Shown: piece after piece, positions 41,164 to 51,485 of the stretch
Layout: each line of letters opens with the position of its first letter
Position numbering within the stretch: the first letter of the stretch is position 1
Source: an uncultured Pseudomonas sp.
GTDB lineage: Bacteria; Pseudomonadota; Gammaproteobacteria; Pseudomonadales; Pseudomonadaceae
Reading direction: 5' to 3'
Length of the DNA: 64,000 nucleotides
NCBI GenBank assembly: GCA_963518285.1
Contig: CAUQIJ010000008.1
Location: 125,269-189,268, forward strand
Notes under the pieces: model-generated
The model's input: the letters and a program-made list of their open reading frames with translations, nothing else
Told to the model about the DNA's origin: nothing
The model's database searches: none
Position numbers and translations under genes: made by a program

Positions 41164-42033
41164 ATGCTGAGTTCCGAGCTCAAGGCCTTCTACATGGTTG
41201 CCCGCCTGGGCAGCATCACCCAGGCCGCGAAGAAGCTCGGGCTCAGCCAGCCCACCGTGACCACGCAGATTCGCCAGTTGGAAAGCCACTACGCGTTAGA
41301 GCTGTTCTACCGCGGTGGGCGCCGGCTGGTGTTGAGCGAGAGCGGTGCGCGCTTGCTGCCGATGGTCAAGACCTTGCTGCAGCAGGAAGCCGACATCGAG
41401 TTCGAGCTGCGTAACAGCGGCCAGGCCCAGGGCAGCCTGCGCATCGCCGCCACCGCGCCTTATTACATTCTCGACCTGGTGAAAATCTTTCGCGAACGCC
41501 TGCCGCAGGTGGACGTGGCGGTGGAAATCGGCAACTCCCAGCAGGTGCTGGAAATGCTCGAAGAGTACCGCGTGGATGTCGCTGCATCCTCGCAACTGGT
41601 CGAGGATGCGCGGCTGGTGCGGCGCGTGCTGGGCACGGACCCGCTGGTGGTGGCCGTGCACCGCAGCCATCCGCTGGCGCAACGGCAGACGCTGGCCATC
41701 GATGCCCTGGCCGGGCATTGCCTGCTGATGCGCGAACAGGGTTCGACCACGCGGCTGATGACCGAACAGATGCTTGCCGGGCGTGGGGTCAAGGTCGGTA
41801 CCTTGCTCGAGATCGGCAGCCGCGAGTCGATCCGCGAGGCCGTGTTGCGCAATATCGGCATCAGCATCATCGCCCGCCACGAGGTACCGCATAACCCCGA
41901 ACTGGCCGTGCTCACCCTGGAAGGTGCGCCGGTCATGCACGAGTATCTGTACTGCCTCAAGGAGCGGCGTCAAGCGCGTCTGCCCGCTGCGTTTCTTGGC
42001 GTTGCCCAAGAAGTGGCGGGGATTCAGCTGTGA
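41164..42033 (+). CDS. LysR regulator associated with phosphonate (AEP) uptake
   Basis: LysR HTH (SITQAAKKLGLSQPTVT); adjacent to the AEP ABC genes. Confidence 0.85.
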   Translation: MLSSELKAFYMVARLGSITQAAKKLGLSQPTVTTQIRQLESHYALELFYRGGRRLVLSESGARLLPMVKTLLQQEADIEFELRNSGQAQGSLRIAATAPYYILDLVKIFRERLPQVDVAVEIGNSQQVLEMLEEYRVDVAASSQLVEDARLVRRVLGTDPLVVAVHRSHPLAQRQTLAIDALAGHCLLMREQGSTTRLMTEQMLAGRGVKVGTLLEIGSRESIREAVLRNIGISIIARHEVPHNPELAVLTLEGAPVMHEYLYCLKERRQARLPAAFLGVAQEVAGIQL

Positions 42034-42178
42034 TTGCTGCGCCAGGCTTCCTTGCACAAAGGCCAGCACTGCCACTACCAAATCTGCCTATACCACTATC
42101 GCCAGCTTTGCTCTGAACGCCACAGAACCTTCGCATTGCCCTTCTAGCATGGCCTCTACCTGATCACGAGGCCTGGCC

Positions 42179-43243
42179 ATGACCCACGCTACCACTACCC
42201 CCGGCGCACCGGTAAACGTGCGCGGTATCGACAAACGCTTCGGCGCCTTCGCTGCGCTGAACAACGTGTCCCTGGATATCGGTGCCGGCGAGCTGGTGTG
42301 CCTGCTCGGCCCGTCCGGCTGCGGCAAGACCACCCTGCTGCGCTGCATCGCCGGCCTTGAGCGGCAGGACCGTGGCGAGCTGTATCTGGGCGAGCGCGAC
42401 ATCTCCGAGCTGCCGCCGCAGGCCCGCGACTACGGCATCCTGTTCCAGTCCTATGCGCTGTTCCCCAACCTCACCGTCGAGGCCAACATTGCCTACGGCC
42501 TGAACGCCAGCAGCCGTGACCAAGCCCGCCAGCGGGTGGGGCAGATGCTTGAGCTGGTCGGCCTGCTTGGCAGCGAGAAAAAATACCCCGGCCAGTTGTC
42601 CGGTGGTCAGCAGCAGCGGGTAGCGCTGGCCCGTGCCCTGGCCCCGGCGCCGTCGTTGTTGCTGCTCGATGAGCCGATGTCGGCGCTGGATGCGCGGGTG
42701 CGTGAGCACCTGTGTGGCGAGCTGCGCCAACTGCAGCGCCAGCTCGGTATCACCACCTTGATGGTCACGCACAATCAGGACGAAGCCATGTTGATGGCCG
42801 ACCGCATTGCCGTGATGAACAACGGCCAGGTCGAGCAGTACGACACCCCGCAAGCCATCTACGACCGCCCCGCCACGCCATTCGTGGCCGAGTTCGTTGG
42901 CCAGGGCAACTGGCTGCCGTTCCAGCGCAACAGTGCCAGCCACGCCCAGGTCGGCGGGATGAACCTGCGCCTGGCCGCCAATGCCGGCGCGGCCAGCAGC
43001 GGTCGGCTGTTTTGCCGCCCGGAGGCGATCACGGTCAACCCGCCCGTGCATGAAGAGAACCTGTTCCCGGCCAAGGTGCGCGAAATCACCTTCCTCGGTA
43101 ACCGCTGCCGCATGGCCTTTGAGCTGCAGAATCTGCCGGGGCACACCCTGCTTGCCGAACTGGCGCCCGAGGCCATGCCGCGCCTGGGCTCGCAGGACAT
43201 CTGGGTAGCGCTGCCGCCGCAGAGCCTGCAGGTGTTTGCCTGA
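42179..43243 (+). CDS. Putative 2-aminoethylphosphonate ABC ATPase
   Basis: [23 protein letters not shown]. Confidence 0.85.
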   Translation: MTHATTTPGAPVNVRGIDKRFGAFAALNNVSLDIGAGELVCLLGPSGCGKTTLLRCIAGLERQDRGELYLGERDISELPPQARDYGILFQSYALFPNLTVEANIAYGLNASSRDQARQRVGQMLELVGLLGSEKKYPGQLSGGQQQRVALARALAPAPSLLLLDEPMSALDARVREHLCGELRQLQRQLGITTLMVTHNQDEAMLMADRIAVMNNGQVEQYDTPQAIYDRPATPFVAEFVGQGNWLPFQRNSASHAQVGGMNLRLAANAGAASSGRLFCRPEAITVNPPVHEENLFPAKVREITFLGNRCRMAFELQNLPGHTLLAELAPEAMPRLGSQDIWVALPPQSLQVFA

Positions 43244-43244
43244 G

Positions 43245-44969
43245 ATGGCCGGGCCAATCTCCATGCCCTTGAGCCTGGCCAAGGCGGACCGAGGCAACGG
43301 CGTTGCGCTGGCCGACCGCATCTTTGTGCTCGGCGGCAAAAGCCTGCTGCTGGTGTTGCTGATCGTGGCGGTGCTGCTGCCGCTGCTGGCGATCTTCTGG
43401 CGCGGCTTCAGCGGCGACGCTGGCCAGGGCGGTGGCCTGCTGGCAGCACGGGAGCTGTTTGCCAGCACCAACTTCCGCTGGCTGCTGGGTAACAGCCTGG
43501 CAGTCGCCTTCACCGTGGCCGCTATCGTCATACCGCTGGCGTACCTGTTTGCCTATGCGCTGCAGCGCACGCTGATCCCGGCCAAGCCTCTGTGGCGGGG
43601 GATTTCCCTGCTGCCGTTATTGGCCCCGTCGATGCTGCCGGCGATTGCGCTGGTCTATCTGTTCGGCAATCAGGGCCTGCTGCGCAGCCTGCTCGACGAC
43701 AACATCTACGGCTTCTGGGGCATCGTTGTCGGTGAGGCCATCTACACCTTCCCGCATGCCTTGATGATTCTGCTGTCGGCGCTGTCGCTGGCCGATGCGC
43801 GGCTGTTCGAAGCGGCGTCGAGCATGGGCGCGGGGCCAGTGCGGGCATTCTTCAGCGTGACCTGGCCGGCGACCCGCCAGGCCGTGTTTGCCGCGTTCTG
43901 CCTGGTGTTCACCCTGACCATTACCGACTTCGGTGTGCCGGTGGTGGTGGGCGGTGACTATCAGGTGCTGGCACTTGAAGCCTACAAAGCCGTGGTAGGG
44001 CAGCAGCAGTTTGGCCGCGGTGCACTGATCGGCATGGTCCTGCTGCTGCCGGCGTTGTTCAGTTTTGCTGTCGATGCCTGGCTGCGTCGGCGCCAGGGCC
44101 AGGCCATGAGTGGCCGGGCGCAGGTGTTCAAGCCCAAGCCGTCGCGCCGCCGCGATGGCGTGTTTCTCACGGTGGTGGTGCTGGTGTGCAGCGTGTTGCT
44201 GGCGGTGGTGGGCATGGCGGTGTACTCGTCGCTGGTCACGTTCTGGCCTTACAACCTGTCGCTGTCGCTCAAGCACTACCTGTTCGAGGACACCGCTGGC
44301 GGTGGCTGGCTCGCCTATCGCAACAGCGTCAGCATGGCGCTGTGCACCGCCTTGATCGGCAGCCTGGTGATCTTCGTCGGCGCCTACCTGATGGAAAAAA
44401 CCCAGGGCCAACGCCTGCTCAACCAGTCGCTGCGTCTGCTCAGCTTCATTCCGATGGCAGTGCCGGGGCTGGTGTTGGGCCTGGGTTACGTCTTCTTCTT
44501 CAACCTCGCCAGCAACCCGCTGCATGTGTTCTACGGCAGCATGACCCTGCTGGTGGTGTGCACCATTGCGCACTATCTGACCACCGCCCAGATGACCGCG
44601 ACCACCGCTCTGCGCCAGCTCGACGGCGAATTCGAAGCCGCAGCGCTGTCGCTCAAGGCGCCGCTGTACCGGCATTTTCTGCGGGTCAGCCTGCCGATCT
44701 GCCTGCCGGCCTTGCTCGACATCATCCGCTATCTGTTTGTCTCGGCGATGACCACGGTGTCGGCGGCGATCTTCCTCTACAGCCCCGACACCATCCTCGC
44801 GGCCGTAGCGGTGTTGAACATGGACGATGCCGGCAACGTTGGCGGCGCTGCGGCGATGTCGACGCTGATCCTGCTCACCAGTGCTACTGCCTCATTGCTG
44901 CTGGCTGCCGCTTCGCGTGGCCTGCTGCGTCGCTCCCAGGCCTGGCGCCAAACCGCGCCCGGCCATTGA
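43245..44969 (+). CDS. Putative 2-aminoethylphosphonate ABC permease (fused double domain)
   Basis: Two EAA loops; PSMLPAI, TDFGVP, MTTVSA. Confidence 0.85.
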   Translation: MAGPISMPLSLAKADRGNGVALADRIFVLGGKSLLLVLLIVAVLLPLLAIFWRGFSGDAGQGGGLLAARELFASTNFRWLLGNSLAVAFTVAAIVIPLAYLFAYALQRTLIPAKPLWRGISLLPLLAPSMLPAIALVYLFGNQGLLRSLLDDNIYGFWGIVVGEAIYTFPHALMILLSALSLADARLFEAASSMGAGPVRAFFSVTWPATRQAVFAAFCLVFTLTITDFGVPVVVGGDYQVLALEAYKAVVGQQQFGRGALIGMVLLLPALFSFAVDAWLRRRQGQAMSGRAQVFKPKPSRRRDGVFLTVVVLVCSVLLAVVGMAVYSSLVTFWPYNLSLSLKHYLFEDTAGGGWLAYRNSVSMALCTALIGSLVIFVGAYLMEKTQGQRLLNQSLRLLSFIPMAVPGLVLGLGYVFFFNLASNPLHVFYGSMTLLVVCTIAHYLTTAQMTATTALRQLDGEFEAAALSLKAPLYRHFLRVSLPICLPALLDIIRYLFVSAMTTVSAAIFLYSPDTILAAVAVLNMDDAGNVGGAAAMSTLILLTSATASLLLAAASRGLLRRSQAWRQTAPGH

Positions 44970-44999
44970 CTGCCTGCCCATCCTGAAAGGAACCGCACC

Positions 45000-46025
45000 A
45001 TGTTCAAGCCAGTTGCCCTTGCTGCTGCCATCAGCGCCATTTTCAGCCTGCAGGCGTCAGCCGCAGAGACTCAGCTGACGGTCTACACCGCGCTCGAAGC
45101 CGAGCAGCTGAAGACCTACAAGCAGGCCTTTGAAAAGGCCAACCCGGACATCGAGATCAAGTGGGTGCGCGACTCCACCGGGATCATCACCGCCAAGCTG
45201 CTGGCCGAAAAAGACCGCCCGCAGGCTGATGCAGTGTGGGGGCTGGCGGCCTCCAGCCTGGCCATTCTCGACCAGCAGAAAATGCTCGAAGCCTATGCGC
45301 CGAAGGACCTGGCGACGATTTCGAAGAACTACCGCGACGCGGCCAATCCGCCGGCCTGGGTGGGCATGGATGTGTGGGCTGCGACCATTTGCTTCAATAC
45401 CGTCGAGGCCGAGAAACAGGGCCTGAGCAAGCCGCTCAGCTGGCAGGACCTGACCAAACCCGAGTACAAGGGCAAGATCGTCATGCCCAACCCGGCCTCA
45501 TCGGGCACCGGTTTCCTCGACGTCAGCGCCTGGCTGCAGACCTTTGGCGAGCCGCAGGGCTGGGCTTACATGGACGGCCTGCACCAGAATATCGGCCAGT
45601 ACGTTCACTCCGGCTCCAAGCCGTGCAAGCTGGCGGCATCGGGTGAATTCCCGATTGGCATTTCCTTCGAGTACCCGGCTGTGCAGCTCAAGCGCCAGGG
45701 CGCGCCACTGGATATCATCCTGCCCAAGGAAGGCCTGGGCTGGGAAATTGAAGCCACTGCAGTGATCAAGGGCACGACCAAGGCCGAGGCCGCCAGGCGC
45801 CTGGCAGACTTCTCGGCCAGCGCTGCGGCGATGGACCTGTACAAGGAGAATTTCGCCGTGCTTGCCGCCCCGGGCATTGCCAAGCCGCAAACCGAGTTGC
45901 CGGCAGACTATGAGCAGCGCCTGATCAAAAACGACTTCGCCTGGGCATCGCAGAACCGCGACAAGATCCTTGCCGAGTGGCGCAAGCGCTACGACGGCAA
46001 GTCGGAGAAGGTCGCTCAGCAGTAG
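45000..46025 (+). CDS. Putative 2-aminoethylphosphonate ABC substrate-binding protein (AepX-like)
   Basis: TVYTALE, WVRDSTG, MPNPASSGTG, HSGSKPC. Confidence 0.82.
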   Translation: MFKPVALAAAISAIFSLQASAAETQLTVYTALEAEQLKTYKQAFEKANPDIEIKWVRDSTGIITAKLLAEKDRPQADAVWGLAASSLAILDQQKMLEAYAPKDLATISKNYRDAANPPAWVGMDVWAATICFNTVEAEKQGLSKPLSWQDLTKPEYKGKIVMPNPASSGTGFLDVSAWLQTFGEPQGWAYMDGLHQNIGQYVHSGSKPCKLAASGEFPIGISFEYPAVQLKRQGAPLDIILPKEGLGWEIEATAVIKGTTKAEAARRLADFSASAAAMDLYKENFAVLAAPGIAKPQTELPADYEQRLIKNDFAWASQNRDKILAEWRKRYDGKSEKVAQQ

Positions 46026-46026
46026 T

Positions 46027-47391
46027 TCACAACTGCCCGAGCAACAGCTCCAGTTGTTCCTGGCGCTCGGCCTGATTGAGCCGTGCGCCAGGGTTGAGCG
46101 ACGACCACTGCGGGTGCGCCCGGGCCTTGTGCAGGGCTTCGGGCAGCTTGCCCTCGCGCCAGGCCTTGTCATCCCCCGCCTGCAGCTGAATGCTCTGCTG
46201 CGCCGCATGGCCGCGGCTGTCCAGGGCCTTGAGAAGCTGCTGCTGCCGCAACGCCAGCAGCCGCAGTACAGCATCATCTACGGTCAATTCACGCTGGCCC
46301 TTGAGCTTGCCGAGCAAACGCGAACCGTAGCTGCGTGCGGTTTGCAGCGCGCCGCCGGCGATTGCCCCGGCCAGCGCAGCGGCGCCCAGGGTCAGCCCGC
46401 CGACCAGCAGATCAACGCCGGCGCCCGCGGCTGCACCGGCGGCGACACCGCTGCCCAGGCGCACGCCGAGCAGTTTCAAGGTTTCCGGGTTGAACAGGTC
46501 ATCGCCCCAGCGCCCATCCAGCAACGGCAGGTCGCCCGCGCTGGCGTCTTCGCGGCGGAATGCATACAGCTTGAGCAATCCTTCGACACAGCGCTGCTCG
46601 CGCTGGCGCACCGCTTGGCGCAGGGCTTCGATCGCCTGCGCTTCGGCCGCAGGTTGAGCCTCGACGCTGCGCCGGCAGGCAGCGCAGTCGAGCAACAGTT
46701 CGGCGATCAGGCGCTTGGCGCTATGTTGACGGGCCAGGCGCTGCGCCTGCTGGTCATCGATCAGCCGTTGCAGGGCGGGGCGTGACTCTTCCAGCAGCAG
46801 CGCCAGGCTTTCATACAAGCGGCGCTCGCCGTCCTCCGGCGGGGCCACGCTGTCAAACCGCACCAGCGCATGCAGGCCCAGCCTTGCCAGCGCTTCGCGC
46901 CATTCCGGCTCGCGGTGCTCGCTGCTGGCGACGAAGTTGAGCACCGGCAGCAATGGCCGGCCGCAGCTGGCCAGTACTTCCAGTTCATCGCGATATTTGG
47001 CCAGTACCGGCTCACGGGCATCGATCACGTACAGCCCGGCATTGCTGGCGAGCAACTGGCGCAGCACCTTGGCTTCCTGTTCGAAACGCTGACGGGCTTC
47101 GCTGCCTTGCAGAAAGCGCTCTAGCCGGGCCGGGCCGTCCAGGCGTTCGCCGGGTCGTTCGAGGCGTTCGAGGTAATCGAGCAGGGCGATGGCATCTTCC
47201 AGCCCTGGGGTGTCGAACAGGTCCAGCAACGGCTCGCCATCCACCGACAACCGTGCGCCTTCAACATGGCGGGTAGTGCTGGGGCGGTGCGAGACTTCGC
47301 CGAAACCGACGTCACGGGTCAGCGTGCGCAGCAGCGAGGTCTTGCCGACATTGGTGTGGCCGACCACGGCCAGTTTCAGCGGCTCAGTCAT
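46027..47391 (-). CDS. GTPase with DUF3482 domain
   Basis: GHTNVGKTS, STT, DTPG; C-terminal Gly-rich hydrophobic hairpin. Confidence 0.85.
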   Translation of the reverse strand: MTEPLKLAVVGHTNVGKTSLLRTLTRDVGFGEVSHRPSTTRHVEGARLSVDGEPLLDLFDTPGLEDAIALLDYLERLERPGERLDGPARLERFLQGSEARQRFEQEAKVLRQLLASNAGLYVIDAREPVLAKYRDELEVLASCGRPLLPVLNFVASSEHREPEWREALARLGLHALVRFDSVAPPEDGERRLYESLALLLEESRPALQRLIDDQQAQRLARQHSAKRLIAELLLDCAACRRSVEAQPAAEAQAIEALRQAVRQREQRCVEGLLKLYAFRREDASAGDLPLLDGRWGDDLFNPETLKLLGVRLGSGVAAGAAAGAGVDLLVGGLTLGAAALAGAIAGGALQTARSYGSRLLGKLKGQRELTVDDAVLRLLALRQQQLLKALDSRGHAAQQSIQLQAGDDKAWREGKLPEALHKARAHPQWSSLNPGARLNQAERQEQLELLLGQL

Positions 47392-48763
47392 GGCCTTGCT
47401 CCAACCAGTTCAAAGGGGCGCTGTCGGCATAGGGCAGGCCGAGGCGGTCGAGGGCTTCGTGCCAGTCGCTCAGGCGCGCGCTGTCCAGGCTTTGCCCGGC
47501 AAGTGCCGGCAGCAGCCAGATCCGCGTAGCACCGGCATTGCGCGCGAGCTCGGCGAGCAGCGCCAGGCTGCCACGGTCTGGCGAGCGGCGTGGGTCGCAG
47601 GCGATGGCCAGGCGGGCCGGCGGGAAGCGGCTGAGTTGCTCAAGCAACTTGTTGCGCGACTCGCGGCTGTCGAGCAGGCCGGCGTCGCTCACCCCTGCCG
47701 GCAACGCTGGCGGCCAGGGGCGCTGATCATCCAGCTCAAGGCCCACCATCAAGGCACCGCTGGCGCTGGCGTCCAGTTGCCCGGCGTGAAACTCCGGCAG
47801 TAATTGCGGTGCTGCGTCCTGTACGCCCAGCCGTTCGCTGCTGGGCATCAGCGCATCGCGCAAGTGCGCATAGCCGGGCAGGCTCACGTCCAGTTGCAGG
47901 CGGTCGCGGCCCTGGCGCCAGCGCCACAGGCACAGCAGCGCCAGCAGCAGGCGCGGCAGCAAGCCATACACCAGCACCACCCCAAGCAGCCAGCTGGCCC
48001 AGGCCTGGCGCGCCATATCCAGTGCCGGCAGGGTCGCGCCGCTGGCGCGGATCATTGCTTCGTCTGGCACGGCAAAGCCCAGCAGCGAGGGCAGGGCGCC
48101 AAGGGTGTGGGTCAGGGTAATGAACGGCTCGGCAGCGAGCAGGGTGGTTTCCCAGACAAAGCCGTAGCGACGGGTTGCCAGCAATGCCAGCAGCATGACC
48201 ACGGCGGCAATCATCGCCAACAGCCACAGGCCATGCACCAGGGCACCGAGCAACCAGCGATTGAGGCGCTTGCGTTGCAGCAGCACCACCAGCGCCGGCG
48301 CCAGGTGCGCGGCCTTGGCGTCGCGGGCGAAGCGCTCGCTCAGCCACAGCCACAGTCGGCCCAGGGTTGCCCCTTGCTCACCGGCCAACAGCAGGCCGCC
48401 GGCCCAGCCGATCAGCATCAGCAGATTGAGCCCGAGCAGGCTGCCCAGGGCCCAGAACACATTGACCGGGCGCTGGCCATCGCCGAGCGCAGCCAGGCCG
48501 AGGCCGGCGCCGCTGACCAGCGCCAGAATCATCATTGCCAGCAGCGCCAGCCGTGCGCCTTGTTTCCAGTGGCGCAACGCTTCTGCCAGGCCATCGCGTT
48601 CGGCCAGCCACAGGGCGCGGGTTTCGATCCTCGCAGCAAGGTCGCCGCCTTGCTGGCGGGCGCGACGGTTGGCTTCCTGATCTTCCAGAGGGCCGGCGTG
48701 GTCCTCGCGCAGGCGTACCGCTTCGGTGAGCCAGCGCTTGTCGAGTGGAGTCGGTGCAGTCAC
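47384..48763 (-). CDS. DUF2868-domain membrane protein
   Basis: Multiple TM segments, YGFVWETTLL, YGLLPRL; overlaps the GTPase start. Confidence 0.82.
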   Translation of the reverse strand: MTAPTPLDKRWLTEAVRLREDHAGPLEDQEANRRARQQGGDLAARIETRALWLAERDGLAEALRHWKQGARLALLAMMILALVSGAGLGLAALGDGQRPVNVFWALGSLLGLNLLMLIGWAGGLLLAGEQGATLGRLWLWLSERFARDAKAAHLAPALVVLLQRKRLNRWLLGALVHGLWLLAMIAAVVMLLALLATRRYGFVWETTLLAAEPFITLTHTLGALPSLLGFAVPDEAMIRASGATLPALDMARQAWASWLLGVVLVYGLLPRLLLALLCLWRWRQGRDRLQLDVSLPGYAHLRDALMPSSERLGVQDAAPQLLPEFHAGQLDASASGALMVGLELDDQRPWPPALPAGVSDAGLLDSRESRNKLLEQLSRFPPARLAIACDPRRSPDRGSLALLAELARNAGATRIWLLPALAGQSLDSARLSDWHEALDRLGLPYADSAPLNWLEQGHD

Positions 48764-48829
48764 AGGGTCTTCCAATGCACAGGTCAGTGCACAAGCTTAA
48801 CCCAGCTGCGGTTTGCTATCCTCGTCGGC

Positions 48830-49345
48830 ATGAAGACATCTCTCCCCCTCAGCCTGATCGCGGCCTGCGCCAGCAACCGCGTGATCGGCATCGACAACTC
48901 CATGCCCTGGCACTTGCCGGGGGACTTCAAATACTTCAAGGCGACCACCCTCGGCAAGCCGATCATCATGGGCCGCAAGACCTGGGATTCACTGGGCCGG
49001 CCGCTGCCGGGGCGGCTGAACATCGTCGTCAGCCGTCAGCCTGGCTTACAGCTGGAGGGCGCCGAGGTGTTCCCCTCGCTGGAGCAGGCGCTGGCCCGCG
49101 CCGAGCAATGGGCGCACGAGCAGGGCGTCGATGAGCTGATGCTGATTGGCGGCGCGCAGTTGTATGCGCTGGCGCTGGAGCAAGGACTGGTCAGCCGCAT
49201 GTACCTGACCCGGGTCGAGCTGTCGCCGCAAGGCGATGCGTGGTTCCCGGAGTTCGATGCTGAGCAGTGGACACTTGATTCGAGTGATGCCCAGGCGGAG
49301 CCAGGCAAGCCTGGCTACCACTTCGAGGTGTGGAACAAACGTTGA
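48830..49345 (+). CDS. folA: Dihydrofolate reductase
   Basis: IG.DNSMPWHLPGD, MGRKTW.S, LPGR.N, IGG, GDAWFP. Confidence 0.97.
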   Translation: MKTSLPLSLIAACASNRVIGIDNSMPWHLPGDFKYFKATTLGKPIIMGRKTWDSLGRPLPGRLNIVVSRQPGLQLEGAEVFPSLEQALARAEQWAHEQGVDELMLIGGAQLYALALEQGLVSRMYLTRVELSPQGDAWFPEFDAEQWTLDSSDAQAEPGKPGYHFEVWNKR

Positions 49346-49347
49346 TA

Positions 49348-49374
49348 AACAAGGGCCGCGATGCGGCCCTTGTT
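49348..49374. terminator. Bidirectional terminator between folA and tcyP
   Basis: AACAAGGGCCGC-GAT-GCGGCCCTTGTT. Confidence 0.8.
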
Positions 49375-49378
49375 CATT

Positions 49379-50770
49379 TTAGGTATGGCTCAGCTCAGCG
49401 TGCTGGTCATCGTCCAGCACTGCTTTGTCGGTGCTCTTGAGCAACTGGCTGGTGACCACGCCGGCGGTCATCGAACCATTCACGTTCAAAGCCGTGCGGC
49501 CCATGTCGATCAGCGGCTCGACCGAGATCAACAGCGCCACCAGCTCGACCGGCAAGCCCATTGCCGGCAGCACGATCAATGCAGCAAAGGTCGCGCCGCC
49601 ACCCACGCCAGCAACACCCGCCGAGCTCAAGGTGACGATGGCGATCAAGGTGGCAATCCACAGCGGGTCGAAGGTATCGATGCCCACCGCTGGCGCCACC
49701 ATCACCGCCAACATGGCCGGATAGAGGCCGGCGCAGCCGTTCTGGCCGATGGTCGCGCCGAACGATGCGCTGAAGCTGGCGATCGACTGCGGCACGCCTA
49801 GGCGCCGGGTCTGCGCTTCGATATTGAGCGGGATGCTCGCCGCACTGGAGCGGCTGGTGAAGGCGAAGGTCAGCACCGGCCAGACCTTGCGCAAAAAGCG
49901 CAGCGGGCTGACCCCTGTGGCTGCCAGGATCAGGCCGTGGACCACGAACATCAGGCCCAGGCCGAGGTACGACACCAGCACGAAGCTGCCTAGCTTGAGA
50001 ATGTCTTCGATGTTCGAGCTGGCGACCACCTTGGTCATCAACGCCAGTACGCCGTAGGGGGTCAGCTTCATCACCAGGCGCACCAGGCGCATGACCCAGG
50101 CTTGCAGGGTGTCGATGGCCGACAGCGCGCGTTCGCCTTTTTCGCGGTCGTCCTTGATCAGCTGCAGCGCCGCCAGGCCAACGAACACGGCGAAGATCAC
50201 CACGCTGATGATCGAGGTCGGCTTGGCCCGGGCCAGATCGGCAACCGGGTTGCTCGGCACGAACGACAGCAGCAGCTGCGGGATATTCAGGTCGGCGACC
50301 TTGCCGGCATAGTCGCTCTGGATCGCCTGCAGCCGCGCCGCCTCGGGGATGCCCGCGACCAGGCCTTCGGCGCTGAGGCCAAACAGGTTGGTCAGGAATA
50401 CACCGATCAAGGCAGCGATAGCGGTGGTCAGCAGCAACGTGCCGATGCTCAGCACACTGATCCGGCCCAGCGCCGAGGCGTTGTGCAGGCGCGCTACCGC
50501 GCTCAGGATCGAGGCAAAGATCAGCGGCATGACGATCATCTGCAACAGCCCGACATAGCCATTGCCGACCAGATCGAGCCAACCGATGGTGGCCTTGAGC
50601 ACCGGATGCCCCGCGCCGTAAATCGTGTGCAGGGTCAGGCCGAACCCTACGCCCATTACCAATCCGAGCAGGACCTTCTTGGCCAGGCTCCAGTCGGTAC
50701 GGCTCGTTTGCGCCAGGCCCAGCAGCAGGGCCAGAAACGCCAGCAGATTAAGTGACAACGGCAGGTTCAT
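49379..50770 (-). CDS. tcyP: L-cystine transporter (DAACS family)
   Basis: [28 protein letters not shown]; start ATG 50770. Confidence 0.9.
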   Translation of the reverse strand: MNLPLSLNLLAFLALLLGLAQTSRTDWSLAKKVLLGLVMGVGFGLTLHTIYGAGHPVLKATIGWLDLVGNGYVGLLQMIVMPLIFASILSAVARLHNASALGRISVLSIGTLLLTTAIAALIGVFLTNLFGLSAEGLVAGIPEAARLQAIQSDYAGKVADLNIPQLLLSFVPSNPVADLARAKPTSIISVVIFAVFVGLAALQLIKDDREKGERALSAIDTLQAWVMRLVRLVMKLTPYGVLALMTKVVASSNIEDILKLGSFVLVSYLGLGLMFVVHGLILAATGVSPLRFLRKVWPVLTFAFTSRSSAASIPLNIEAQTRRLGVPQSIASFSASFGATIGQNGCAGLYPAMLAVMVAPAVGIDTFDPLWIATLIAIVTLSSAGVAGVGGGATFAALIVLPAMGLPVELVALLISVEPLIDMGRTALNVNGSMTAGVVTSQLLKSTDKAVLDDDQHAELSHT

Positions 50771-50968
50771 TACAGCTCCGGGATCGAAGAAGGGGCGTCG
50801 CGTCTGGGCGCGATTGCGAACGTAAATGCTAACAGCTTGAAAACAAACGAATTTATATCTGAATGGAATGTGCTTAGGTCGGTATGGAATAACAATCCAT
50901 TGGACGTCGCAATAAACAAGCCGTTTCACCTGATGAGCGCTGCCTGAGCGGGCAGGCTAGCAGCAGGC

Positions 50969-51026
50969 AAAAAAAACCGGCGCACCAGGCGCCGGTCTGT
51001 TTTTGCTGAAAAGCCTTACAGCCCGT
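50969..51026. repeat. Direct repeat copy A: duplicated ilvD 3' end and terminator
   Basis: Identical to 53229-53285 except for one extra T. Confidence 0.95.
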
Positions 51027-51044
51027 GGAGGTGTAAGCGCCTTA

Positions 51045-51485
51045 GGAGCGCGAGTGCAGCAGCTAGCGCAGTTTGTCCCCTTTCATTGGTTCGCAAAAAA
51101 TCCTTTCGATGGTAGGGTCTATCGGGACAGGCCTGATGAGGAATTCGTTCTCATCGCAGTGAAACGCACCCACGCGAGTCAAAACAATTGGCGAATTTTT
51201 CCTCGACACCCGCTAGCGGGCGGAGATTTTGAGCTGCTGGACTACCAGGTAGGTGTAGACAGGATTGATTGGGATACCATGGAGCTTCGGGATTATCTCA
51301 TCCCGCAGTGCAAGCTCACCTGCATGGCTGAGTGCTTGTCTCCGGACCCGGTAGCCCCGAGCAGCTTTGCCAAAATTTACACCCCTTCACCCGAAATTGA
51401 CCAATTCGTCACGCAACGCGCTCAGCAGAGCGGATTGGGTCGCCTCTGGATAGATCACAACCCCAACATGTTTCCGAATAGATGA
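51045..51485 (+). pseudogene. 5'-truncated DarT-like (DUF4433) ADP-ribosyltransferase
   Basis: FVPFHWF..NPF, IDW, CMAECL motifs; no convincing start codon or RBS; the N-terminal motif region is missing at the repeat boundary. Confidence 0.65.
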
